A program made the translations under genes and the position numbers. Positions 38,419-50,136 of a stretch of DNA of 64,000 nucleotides are shown piece after piece. Location of the stretch: the NCBI GenBank assembly GCA_004022145.1, contig RCNU01000008.1; one strand, given 5' to 3'. Origin of the DNA: Paecilomyces variotii. Taxonomy: Eukaryota. Each line of letters starts with the position of its first letter. Within the stretch, counting starts at the first letter, position 1. Under the pieces are notes generated by a model. The model saw only the letters and a program-made list of their open reading frames with translations. It did no database searches and was not told the origin of the DNA.

Positions 38419-41400
38419 ATGAATTCCGTACGGCAGTCATGTCGACCGAAACACCAGGTCTTGATCTTGAAGTGTTACCCACGCTATCAGAAGGGCGTTC
38501 AAGAAGTAAAACCCAATTCGAGCGAACTTTCCTACCTTCTTTACTATGCCAGTACGCGTCGCAGCAAGCTCCAGAAAGTGGGTGCCTTTCTGGAGAAGAG
38601 AACCGCTAGGGACGTCTGGAGAAGCAAGATTGGGTGAGTAGCATTACTTCTTGTCATAGCCGTGGCAGTGACTCGTCTTGCGCAATTCGCTAAGCGTCTA
38701 ATCAATTGCTCTATAGCAATGTCCAGGTCACCCTCCAGATCCTAACGGCGCTTATCGAAAAGACACCTCGCGACTTGTCACTATATGCACGATCAGTCCT
38801 GACGGTCATCGAGACAGTTCTCCGCTCAAATGACATATCAATGGTGGAAGAGACAATCCCGACATTTGACATGTTTTGTCGCCACCAGGATATTGCTACC
38901 TTATCAGCGGAACACGAGTACGCGACCCAATATCATAATATCGTTCGTACATATGCGGCCTTTGCATCACCGGATCCTTCGGCGCATACAAAAACGCCGC
39001 TGAGCACCCCGCTAGCTATACGTTGGAGAAATGCAGGTCTGCAGGCAATCAAGAGCGTCGTCGGTTCAGAAGCATTGGCTACAGATGGCGGGACGCAGCT
39101 GGAGATAGTCGTCCCAGTCATCCTAAGCAATCTGTACTCTGGAGGGGAGGATGTTCTCGTCTCAATTCAAACGAAGGCCGATGACCTCGAAAAGACCGAA
39201 CGGGAACAGGCGGGCCGCCGGAGGATGAGCTCTGCGACTGTGCAGACTGTGGATACAGCTGATGGCGACCCAGTTACAGCATCAGGGACCGCTGCAGATG
39301 CAGACAAAGCAGCCGAGGTTGCGGTGCGCGTTCTTGCCTTGCGATGTCTTGAGCGTATATTTTTATCCGGGAGCAACAAGGGCCAGATACGCATTGCGAC
39401 AAATCTAGTCTTGCGGTTTATCATGACTACGAACCTTCGGCAGAACTCTCCAAAAGAGGAGGCTGCAGTCAGAGATCTAGACGGCAACTGGGCTACGTCC
39501 CTTATCGAACTTATCGCCAAGTGGTGTCCTGTGCAAGACCGCTTTATCATCTTGGTTTCCGCTATGGAGATGCTGGTCGACATGCCAGCGGCAGAAGATA
39601 AACTGAATCAGCAACTGACGCTAGCGTCCATGGTCGACTGGCTTCTGAAGTCCCCTGTCAATATGATCGGTCTCTCTGTCATTGATGTACTCCAGGGACT
39701 CGTCAAGAGTATCCTGCGTCTACTTCAAGTGCAGACGCCCCCATCATCAGCTGCGCAGAAGGGACGATCAGAGGGCGCTGAAACTGTCGCTGCTACTAGA
39801 TCGAGTCAAGCTCTGTCTCCTATTAGAGAGGCGTTGCTAACCAAACTGCAAGAATGCATCGGTGATCTTGTGACGCATATATACTACGGAAATCAAGTCT
39901 CAGACATGATTCGGGCGATTCTCACACGTCTCAAGCCGTCTTCCACCCTCGGGATGTCCGCTGCTTCCGCTGTGGAAGACCCATCCGAAGCAGTCACGAC
40001 GATTGCCAACTCTACGGGTTCACAAGAGGATCCGACCACAAACGCGTTCTTCTCGTTCCCGGCTGCCAGGGTAACCGCTCTGAAAGCTGTTAAAAACATC
40101 CTAGTCGTCGCGAATGTAAGAAACCCAGCCGCCACAGCTGGTGTCGAATCGCGAAACAAGGTCGGAATAGAGGTCTGGGAGGGTACGGAATGGCTGCTTC
40201 GTGATCCTGAAAGTGATGTTCGTAGTGCATATGTGGATGCTGTCGTCACATGGCTTCAGCTGGAGACCAGCAAGCGCGATCTGAGGATCAAAAGCGAACC
40301 GAAAAGACTTCCAAGGGTTCGCTCCAGATACGATATGTCTGATAACGCTGACAGGTCTTCGAAGCGAGTTGTGTCAGCAGCGTCGTATCGCGAAAAGGTG
40401 CCCACTACCTCGCGGACGAATTTCCTCCAGTTGCTCCATCTTGCAGTGTACGAAAATTCTCTTGACTATGGAACAATGAGAAGCGACATCCTTCTATTGC
40501 ACCTACTTTTGTCTGGGCTCATCCAGAACCTTGGTGTCAACGCTGTGAGGTTCGGTTTACCCATGATTTTACGGCTCCAGGATGACATGTCGACATCTCA
40601 GGCCTTGAATTCTCCGGCCGCCAAAGTCAACGTGGGCAGCCTTGTTTACGGCTACCTGTGGGCCTTGTGCGAATATCTGAACTTCGACTCATCTAAGATC
40701 GGTCACGACGTTCACCGAGAAATATCCAAGAGGCAGAAGTTGGGTCTCTGGCTTGATGGAGTCAAGCTTCCTCCGCTTTCACCTGACCATATCTCTCCTG
40801 GCACGGCCAATGGAGCAGGTAGCGAATACCCTGAAGTTGCGGGCTCCTTGCTCCCTTTCACGGGTGTCGAAGACCTCGTTCGCCATGTCGAAAACGCCTA
40901 TAACGAAGCCATTCTGTCTTCTCCGCATAGTCCACCCAGTACGCCTGGACTGTCATCTGGTGCCTCTCCATCACGAGCATCTGCCGCAAAGCGGCCGGAT
41001 CAAGACCTGCTTGCTTCTGACGTCAAAGAAGAAATGCTTTCGCAATGGTCAAAAGAAGCTTGTCTGGCCAATGTGGAAAAAGAGAGCGCGACTACGCTGT
41101 CAATCAGTGGTTCCAAGACGGGAACACTCGGTGGTCGTAGCCATCTCTACACCAATGGTGTAGCAAATATCTCCATCACTGGCACAGGCTCGCACACTTC
41201 TGTGCACCATGGTCATACTTCCGCAACATATAGCCCAGAGGCTGCCGGTGGTATAACAGATGAGCGACGTACCAGTTTTCCGGAAGGGCTGCATACGCCC
41301 GCCACTGGCTCCAGCAGAGACTCTACACTCCGTGTCAACGATCTGAGGCGCGCTCTATCTGTCACCAGTAATGGCAATGTCCGGCGCTCCAGTCCTTTGC

Positions 41401-42140
41401 GCGGACGCCTTGATTTGTCTAGCAGCAGTGGTAAGAGCTCCAGCAGCGAGAGCATGGTTAGCGGTACCTTTTCTACTTCAGATATGGGCGAGCGACGTCC
41501 TAGCAGACCACAATCTCTGAGAGAAGGAAGCTTCAGGTCTGAGAGGGAGGGAACAGAGACCCCACGAGCTTATGCAACAAACATTGGACATTTGGATCAC
41601 AGTCGACGGGATAACTCGCTACCTACGAATCGGTATACCTCCGATGGTATTCCACCTGTTCCTCCACTGCCCCCGAACCTGGCTATTCCTGGCGGGTACC
41701 CCGATTCCAACCGCCCATCGACGGCTCCATCTTTCGGCACAAGAGCTTCATCCAAAGGTCGCTCTGATACTTCAGCCTCATCCCACCAGCGTCCATCCTT
41801 GAATAAGCAGAAGACAAGGTCCAGTACCGGTCTATCATCTGTCGCGGGCAATGCCAACTACGAGAATCATCATCAGGAATCGGGTATTTTGCCCAATGTC
41901 GATGATGATTCGGAACTGACTACAAGTGCCGAACAACGCGCTGAAGTTGAGGAGCTGTTGGACATCGTACTTCCTCGTAACGGCCGCAAGGAAGACAGGC
42001 AGTACAATGGCAAGCCCCTTGGTCCCGGACCGACTCGTCCCTTGAGCTCCGAGGTCAAATCACCTGTCGCAAACCGTGATAGCGGGAACTACAGCATTAG
42101 TCGAGGGACAGTTGGCAGGATAGGACGACCGCCTTATTAA
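38419..42140 (+). CDS. EFR3: Efr3, plasma-membrane PI4-kinase scaffold; intron 38634-38716
   Basis: CRPKHQVLILKCYP...KPNSSELSYLLYYASTRRSKLQKVGAFLEK; long helical-repeat ORF. Confidence 0.93.
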
Positions 42141-44621
42141 TGGATGTGGTTTATATAGCGTGGGACTTGGGATCGGACTAGTGTCCCTATGTTTAGTACA
42201 TTCGTTTCGTTCATGTTACTCTTTAACAGCATAGATCATTTCAGTCGTTTTGTCTTTTTATTGGTACTCTTCTCATTCATGTTTTTGTCGAGCGTTTGCT
42301 GCATCATTTAAGCATGCCGTGCCTTCCCTTGGCGATTTCCTTTTTGCCATTCTGCGCTTTTTCGTTTGTTGAGTCTTCGCCACTGTTTGGCATCCCATTC
42401 AATTCTGTCCTGTCCATACCTATTTCGTTGGTTATCTGTCTGGATACTGGCTACGGGAGGCATCAAAATAAGCTGGTCTATAGCTAGGGCTAGTTGTAAG
42501 AAAGCTTTTGAGAACTTCTTTAGTCAGGAAAATGCACATTGAGTATTAGATGATGTCTGCTGCTCCTGGATGTTTCAACCATGCAGTCGTCTTTAATAAT
42601 ATATCAACTAGTGCCAACAATCAAGTACGAGAAATCAGTCGTCCAACCATAAGCGTAGATATCTAAAGTACTCCGTAACCCTATCCCTGATCATTAGCCC
42701 TGTCGATCACAGAAAGTTGCAGAACGATCTGCAGCCCCCAGGTCGTATCCGCCCCCCTCGCACTCTCAGAGACACCCAAGGAAGTAGAATTATCGTACCA
42801 TACGTACGTCGTTACACACGACTGGATTCCTGCAAGACATGAAAGCGAGCTTTAGTGTCGAGTATTGTGTCTGATAGGCAATCGATGTTGCGAAAGGTAA
42901 CTGTCGAAAGTGAATATTAACTAACCTAACTACAGCAGCTACTCCATACACCTGCCCGGTTAACGACCAAGTCAAGCTTTTGCTGGCTATGACTAGTGGC
43001 ATAAAAGGTGGGACATACTGTCCTACTCCAGAAAAATAATTGATCTATTATTTTGCAGAAATCAATTTTTCCCGTGTCACTATCAACAACCCTGGGATCT
43101 AAACGGTAGTAAATACCTATCGCGGCCAGATCGACAACGAAACCTCGAGAGCAACATACGGAATAGTAACCCTTCTACGTATTCCCAGCGACTTTGCTTG
43201 TTGGCTGTATGGTAAAGATAACAAAGCGCTGTGGCGTCGATGAAGGCTCTTTCTTGCCTTGGAGGACGGCGAGCTCCGGTTTGCTTTTATTCAGGTAATA
43301 GGAATGATATCTGCGAAACCTCTGGAATGGAATTCAGCTTCGAAGTTTAGATAAGATTGTGACCATCCGATTCTCTGCGCTGTGATCATAATCATAATTG
43401 TCCATCTAAGTCCTGCAGTCGGAGACTGGCGTCAACGAGTTGTTCCTTCGGAAGCGCCCTATATCAACTATCGGTAATTTCCGCCACCGCAAGGACATAC
43501 TAACGCAAATCCAGCACTCATCTTCGTTCTATCCCTATCTCATCTTGAACTTGGCTTGGGCTTGGATTGGACGCAAAAAATCAATGATTTTCTTAATCTA
43601 CGCATGGGAGGTCTTTTTTTTTCTTTTTCATAGTGCGGGAAGCCGACGCGTTGTGCAGTCTAGCTCTAGTAGTCATGATGCACGAGGACGCGATGCAACC
43701 GAGGCCCAGTCTCTGTATTCTGACTGATCTAGTCGAACGAACCGTTCCTGAAGGGTCGAGGACTCCATGTGGCTGTCTGGGATATGGAGGAACTGCCGGA
43801 TTCGTGGGGGGGTATTATCTGTAATACTCTCTGGAAGATACATATCTCCATATCGTCCTGGCTGCAGTGGCGCATGGACTTTCTTTGCAGCTTTTCTGGT
43901 TCCATCTTGCGCTAACATCTAATATGCCGTGTAACCCTCCGACGGATGATCTTTGAGTTGTCAATCGACCGTCGAGCTATCTCCCAAAGTGGCTTCTACG
44001 GCATCGAGTGAGCACGCGAGCCCTCAAAGAACTAGAGTCTTTCATGAGGCCACTTGCTATGCGTAACTCTGGCCCTATGAGAGTGTTCGGATTGGCCAAC
44101 ATGCTAAGCTCTGAAAGTTTTCGATCTATGCTGGAATGTATAATGATTACTCTGTGCGACAACCTAACGCGATACCCCTGACGGGGTTAACAAGGCTACC
44201 ATCTTATTCCTTCTTATCTTTGCACGGGGTCTTCCATCGGTCTTCCATACATCCCAAGTCTAGTCAGCTTGGGCTGACAGGCGCACATGGTAACCCCACA
44301 CAGATGCACAGGGTGGTACTCTATTTGCATGTTCGCACGCCCTTGTGGCTGACTCGACGGATGATAAGGAAACATGCAGATCGTTTATTTCTGAAAACGG
44401 CCATTTCCATGTGGGCTCTAGGATATCATTGTGGAACGACTGTCCGTGGCTTGAATGATATAGAGCCAGTCCGGCACTCATTCACCTGCCTCGGATCTTG
44501 GGAATCCTGTCTCTTACATTTCCTGTCTTTTCATTAGAGAATTGAGTTCACACCCAGCTGTGGTTTTGTTCATGTCTTAATTTCCAGAGTTGTTACAAGT
44601 CCACTATTGCCTACCGTAATC

Positions 44622-46673
44622 ATGGGTCAATGGACTGAACGACTCGATCGTGCCGTGGCCGATAGTGCCTTTGGCCGTCGGTTCAGGTTGGAGAGGTCAG
44701 GGCATGTATGTCCATATGCCAACTATTGGCTATCAGTATCATTGATATATGATCCCGGATGTCCATACTCACATACATTCTGCAGAGACGTGAGCGCAAA
44801 GGATCGCGTTTCTCGACAGAAATCCGTGCTGGTCTTGCTACCTTCTTCGCAATGGCATATATCATTTCGGTATGTAATAGCAGGCCACATCGTTCCACAA
44901 TTTCACCAAACATGACGATTAATATACCTCTCTAGGTTAATGCCACAATCTTGACAGACTCAGGGGGCACATGTGTTTGCACAGATACGAAGGACCCGAC
45001 GTGTGCAACTGACGTCGAATACAATCTTTGTCTGAACGTGATCCGACGAGACCTCATCACGGCAACAGCCGCAATCGCTGCGCTATCTACATTCTCTATG
45101 GGAGTCTTTGCCAACATGCCCATAGCTTTGGCACCTGGAAGTATGTCTAACAGAACATGGACTACTTCACGAGCACCCCCAAGATCTAACTTCTCATAGT
45201 GGGATTGAATGCTTATTTCGCATACAACGTCGTCGGTTTCCATGGAACCGGACCAGTTCCATACAGATTGGCTTTAACCTCAGTTTTCCTTGAAGGATTC
45301 GTTTTCGTTGGACTCTCCATTTTGGGCTTGCGTCAGTGGCTTGCAAGGGCTATTCCACGGTCCATTAAGCTAGCATCAAGCGTTGGAATCGGGTTGTATC
45401 TCTGTGCGTATTTGGAATAACAACCCTGATGAGTCCGTTGGCTAACAAATTAAAGCTCTAATCGGCTTGACGTATAGCGCTGGCATTGGCGCCATTACGG
45501 GCGACACGAGTACTCCTATCGCTATTGCTGGCTGTAGGCAAAGTGATATGTTAGAAGACGGTACCTGCCCGTCATGGGCCAAAATGCGCAATCCGACTCT
45601 GTGGATCGGTATCTTTTGCGGCGGTATCTTGACCTGTATCCTGCTGATGTACAGGATCAAAGGCGCCATCATTGCTGGAATTTTACTCGTTTCCATAATC
45701 TCGTGGCCGCGCGATACAAGTATCACTTATTTCCCTCACACCCCCGAAGGAGACAATTCATTCGACTTCTTCAAGAAGGTCGTCACTTTTCATCGGATCG
45801 AGAAGACACTTAACGCGCAGAACTTTGACCTTGCCGGCGTCAGCGGACAGCTTGGACTCGCTTTCATCACATTTCTCTACGTCGACATCCTCGACTGCAC
45901 AGGTACGCTATATTCAATGGCTCGCTTCGCGGGCGCAATCGACCAAGAGACACAAGACTTTGAAGGTTCATCCGTCGCGTATCTTGTGGACGCGTTCAGC
46001 ATTTCAATCGGTTCTTTGTTCGGCTCATCCCCCGTAACAGCCTTTGTTGAATCTGGAGCTGGCATCTCCGAAGGCGGCATGACAGGTATAACCGCCATGG
46101 TAACCGGTCTTTGCTTCTTTATCTCAGTATTCTTCGCGCCCATCTTCGCTTCCATCCCTCCCTGGGCCACCGGTTGCACATTAGTCCTCGTCGGCTCCAT
46201 GATGACGAAAGCGGCCCCGGAGATCAACTGGTTATACCTCGGTGATGCCGTTCCTGCATTTGTGACATTGGCCGTAATGCCGTTCACTTATTCCATAGCA
46301 TATGGTCTCATCTCCGGCATCGTCACGTATGTGATCCTTAATACGTTCACTTGGCTCGTTGATAAAGTCTCAGGCGGTCGCATCACCCCTGCCAACAGAC
46401 ATCTGAAAGATCCATGGACATACAAGATCCCCGGTGGCATACTTCCAGCTTGGATTGTGCGCCTCGCTCGCGGGTCAGTGCTCTTTGATACTGCGTTTTC
46501 GTGGTTGTTTTTAGATCGCAAATACTGATTTTATGCGCCCATTTTATAGGAAGAAGGATTTCTGGCGCGAGGAACCGAAAGAAAGTAGAATTACATCGTC
46601 TGTTTACACGCTATCTTTTCGGGGTGCAGCGCCAGGAACGGTCGTCGCGTTGGATACTGTTGTGGATAAGTAG
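44622..46673 (+). CDS. azgA: AzgA-family purine (adenine/guanine/hypoxanthine) permease, ~6 exons
   Basis: EIRAGLATFFAMAYIISVN, NMPIALAPG.GLNAYFAY, DILDCTGTL, SPVTAFVESGAGISEGG.TG, MPFTYSIAYG. Confidence 0.9.
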
Positions 46674-46871
46674 ATGGCTTCTGGCGACTTAAATGTCAAC
46701 GCAGAAGACCTTATAACGAGGGGGTCTAAGTTTATTCCCAACTCGCAGAGGTATAATGGATAAACTACTTGATATTGGTTAGTTAGCTACAATATTGGTA
46801 AGAGTACGACTTGACGCAGATATACATATAGAGATTTCTATTCAGTCTTCTTACTGCTAGCAATGCAATGT

Positions 46872-47158
46872 TATCATACAATCTGGTATCAGAGCAAAAC
46901 TATTTCGAGACAATTTGGTCGACATCAATGTTGGGCCGCATGTTCTGAATCCCAACAATACGTCCACGACAAGGAGTTGACGGCTTGTCCTCAGCAAACA
47001 AAGTATCATACAATCTGGTAATAGAGCGAAACTGCTTCAAGACAATTTGGAGACATCAATATTGGGCGGCATATTCTCAATCCCAACAATACGTCCAGAG
47101 CTAGCTTCGCGATGCTGAACAGGAGGGCTTGACGGCTTGTGCTCGGCAAGGAAAGTAA
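46872..47158. repeat. Diverged tandem duplication (period ~132 bp) of the 3' end of the caspase-like gene
   Basis: tatcatacaatctggta...aatcccaacaatacgtcca...ttgacggcttgt starts at both 46872 and 47004. Confidence 0.85.
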
Positions 47159-48134
47159 CCCCAGGTAGACCCTGGATGCGAAGGAAAGCGGTATAAGGAG
47201 CCTCAAAAATAAACAACATCGAGTTCGTTTCCTTCACGTATTCGAGTTTTAACGTACAGTCTCCTTCGAGATTGGCGATCCATGCTGATAGTTGTTCTAA
47301 CTGTTGTGCATCGTACGTGTAAGAAACGTGGATGGAAAAGGTGGCCGCAAGGTGTGCAACCGGTTGATTGATAAGTCCCATAATAGAATTCGACATTGCA
47401 GCCGAGTTCGGATTGAGAGGCAGTTTAATGGACCCGACTCCTAGCAAAGACGCGTGACACGGCTTTTTTAGCGGAGAAATACGTCGAAGTTCACTAATGA
47501 CATCCGTAAACTCGACATATTGGTGGCACATCTGCGCTCTCTGGCGGATCTCGATGAACAATTTGGATGTCAGCGATGCTTTCACTGTGGACTCAAAGGC
47601 AATTGGATCTCTTTCGTCACCCGCGGTAATGATTTCGACAAGCCGGGCTCCGGGTTTCATCGTTCGGCTCGCTAAAAAGCTCCAACAGCAGTCAAAAATG
47701 ACAAGGATATCAACGTCCACCTGGTCATCATACGTTTGAAATGCTTGCAAGACTGCAGATGCTTTCATAACTTTCCCCGATGAATTGGTGAGGAGTAGTT
47801 CGTCACCACCAGCACTGGCCGCTCCGTGTCCCGCGTAGTGGACTACGACGACACTTCTTCCTTGTGCTTTCCACGCGGGCATCGTAAGCTTTTCATTGAG
47901 TTCCTGGGTCAAAAACCACCCAGGTTGTGCCTGACGTGAGCCAATGACTAATTCGTGTGGCTCTGGAAATCCGAGTATGTCCATCATTGACTTGAAACTT
48001 TGAAAGTCACGCTCCGCCCCAGTATTATCATCGGACCAACGGAAATGAAACGAGTAGCAATTCTGATAGACCGTCTCCCGTCTCTTGATGGCAGCCTGGA
48101 GGACGGTTTCGAGTTCACCTCTCGAGAGAGACAT
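47037..48134 (-). CDS. Caspase/metacaspase-like (clan CD, peptidase C14-type) protein, intronless
   Basis: VVVVHYAGHG (catalytic His) and DILVIFDCC (catalytic Cys); ATG at 48134, 365 codons to stop. Confidence 0.75.
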   Translation of the reverse strand: MSLSRGELETVLQAAIKRRETVYQNCYSFHFRWSDDNTGAERDFQSFKSMMDILGFPEPHELVIGSRQAQPGWFLTQELNEKLTMPAWKAQGRSVVVVHYAGHGAASAGGDELLLTNSSGKVMKASAVLQAFQTYDDQVDVDILVIFDCCWSFLASRTMKPGARLVEIITAGDERDPIAFESTVKASLTSKLFIEIRQRAQMCHQYVEFTDVISELRRISPLKKPCHASLLGVGSIKLPLNPNSAAMSNSIMGLINQPVAHLAATFSIHVSYTYDAQQLEQLSAWIANLEGDCTLKLEYVKETNSMLFIFEAPYTAFLRIQGLPGVTFLAEHKPSSPPVQHREASSGRIVGIENMPPNIDVSKLS

Positions 48135-48144
48135 TTTGTTGGGT

Positions 48145-48532
48145 TGATGGTACAAGATAACAAAGATCAATATAGGTATTCAGTGTCTTTGCCGTTCGAT
48201 CAAGAGCTGTACTCAATAAAGGTCCAGGATACGACAGATACCCTTTGAGAGGATAAAAACGACAGGATTATCTTGAAAGGAGTTGGGGAAAGAAAGCAAT
48301 CATGCAAGGTTGGATCGAGTTTGAGTGTCCTAGGTTGAAGGGCCCGATGGAAGGAGCGACTATATACTTGACAGGGTGGTAGCCTAGTGGGCACCTGCCT
48401 ATAATTTGTATACCTCGGTTCCATAAGGGTTCCTGATCCGCCTTCGATTACGGCACGGCAGGGTTAAATTTCCTGGTTACATGCTGATATCGTGTACGGT
48501 ATTTTAGGTAGCAAAGTCTCTTCCGTGAATTT
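48145..48532 (-). repeat. Promoter/5'UTR module, copy A (upstream of the caspase-like gene)
   Basis: Collinear blocks shared with 50137-50503, e.g. tgatggtNcaagataa, attcagtgt, tcgagtttga, gtgtccNaggttgaagg, tggtagcct, ggcacctg, ctcggttccNtaaggg, gatccgc, ggcacgg, ctgatatcg, taggtaNcaaNgtctctNccgtg. Confidence 0.85.
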
Positions 48533-48850
48533 AGGCTCATCATTCTGGACGAGTTGTGCGGAAGTGATATTATCTGAGTATCTTTCTGTCGGGTGGCTGG
48601 AATACATACTAGACTCCTGAGATCGTCAAGCGGAAAGAAGTAGAATATGACTCTGATGTAAGGCGCACTCCATATTGCTGTACTCCTACCTAAAATAGCG
48701 GTAGACTTTAAGAGTGATAATATAATGCAGATAGTTCTGCATTAAGGAGTATATAAAACACGCATCAGGGACTTGTGCATTTTGCCAACGTATATTGCTA
48801 TTGAAGCTGACACCGGTCCTATGCCCTACCATAATTCCCACAGTCAATGT

Positions 48851-49146
48851 CAGCTACGGTATATGTGAGAATACAATCTACTCAAGTCCAAAGTAAATCA
48901 TTGAAAGCATTATTTCATAATTGTCTAAGCTTCTACAAAGGAAGTGCAAAGTCTTTATATGGCGATTATTACGTGATAGATATAACCCACTTCTCCTTGA
49001 TTCTACCGTCTGTCTCCGCCTATTTCTTACCAGCCTGCTGAGTAGCCTTAGTGACCTCTCCAAACGGACGGATTTCCGCACAAATTGATTATTTTTGAAC
49101 ACGAATTGCAGGTTTTATAAGGAAAACACTAACCTTCATCTACTCA
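48851..49146 (-). repeat. Inverted, diverged copy of the TEF1 last intron, last exon and 3'UTR (source ~62808-63115)
   Basis: Reverse complement shares aattcgtgttcaaaaa, ggtcacYaaggc...aagaaataRgcggaga, tgtagaagcttagacaattatgaaat, gacttgagtagattgtattc and accgtagct with the TEF1 3' end. Confidence 0.92.
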
Positions 49147-50081
49147 ATATACCAAGGGAAGAGCCAGGTGAGCTTTTCCCTAGCATCGGCACTCCAATGA
49201 TGAGGAGGGGTGCTAATAGCAAACTTCATAGAGCCAGCCAGATGCTTAGCCTGCACAAGTTCAGTATGCTCTTTTTTAGCAAGTTCATCAAGAACAGCAG
49301 TGATAAAGTGCTTTGCATTAAGCGCGTTGGCTTTCATATTACCCATGACCATCTCAACGGTAACATCCTCAGTCGACTCGTACCAGCAGTCATAGTCCGT
49401 TGACATACAGATCATTTGGTATGCGATTTCGGCTTCACGGGCAAGTTTAGCCTCTGGAAGAGCGGACATGTTAATAATGCTACCACCCCAAGAGCGATAT
49501 AGGTTGCTTTCAGCGCGCGTAGAGAACTGAGGGCCCTCCATGCAAATCAACGTGCCACGGTCATGCAGCACAACACCCTCTCCCTCTAAGCTGTGTCCGC
49601 AAGCTCGAACAACCTTGGCAATGCCCTCATCGAATGGTTCACCGAAGGGGACGTGAGCAACAGCACCTCCTTCGAAGAAGGTGAATGGCCTGATACCCCT
49701 GGTTCTATCAATAATCTGGTCTGGGACCACAAAGTCGCGAGGCTTAATATACTCCTGTAAGCTTCCCACAGCAGAGAAAGCAATAATAGTCCGGACGCCG
49801 ATAGATCGAAGAGCAGCGATATTAGCACGAGCAGGCATCTCGTGAGGGGTGATCTGATGGTGAAGACCATGACGGCTCAAAAAGGCGATAGCGATAGACA
49901 CATCCTTGCCGTCAGTCGAGCACTTGTGGTGAAGGATAATGATAGGAGCGGAGGGCTTGCCCCAGGGAGTCAAAATATCTAGGGTCGCAACCTGCGTGAA
50001 ACCCGGGAGTTCTCTGAGTCCAGTACCGCCGATGACGGCGATTCTGACAGGCTCTTTGTATTCCTTGGGGATGGCGACCAT
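49140..50081 (-). CDS. MEU1: S-methyl-5'-thioadenosine phosphorylase (MTAP), intronless, 313 aa; probably a secondary or retro-derived copy
   Basis: IAVIGGTGL, FLSRHG, RANIAAL, AVGSL, PDQIIDRT, MEGPQFSTRAES, INMS..PEAKLAREAEI.Y, STDYDCW; uninterrupted ORF from ATG 50081. Confidence 0.93.
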   Translation of the reverse strand: MVAIPKEYKEPVRIAVIGGTGLRELPGFTQVATLDILTPWGKPSAPIIILHHKCSTDGKDVSIAIAFLSRHGLHHQITPHEMPARANIAALRSIGVRTIIAFSAVGSLQEYIKPRDFVVPDQIIDRTRGIRPFTFFEGGAVAHVPFGEPFDEGIAKVVRACGHSLEGEGVVLHDRGTLICMEGPQFSTRAESNLYRSWGGSIINMSALPEAKLAREAEIAYQMICMSTDYDCWYESTEDVTVEMVMGNMKANALNAKHFITAVLDELAKKEHTELVQAKHLAGSMKFAISTPPHHWSADAREKLTWLFPWYIE

Positions 50082-50136
50082 CTTTCTTGCCTGTTCGAGT
50101 GGTATCTCGTTGAGTGGTGGATCGAAGCCTGTGCCG

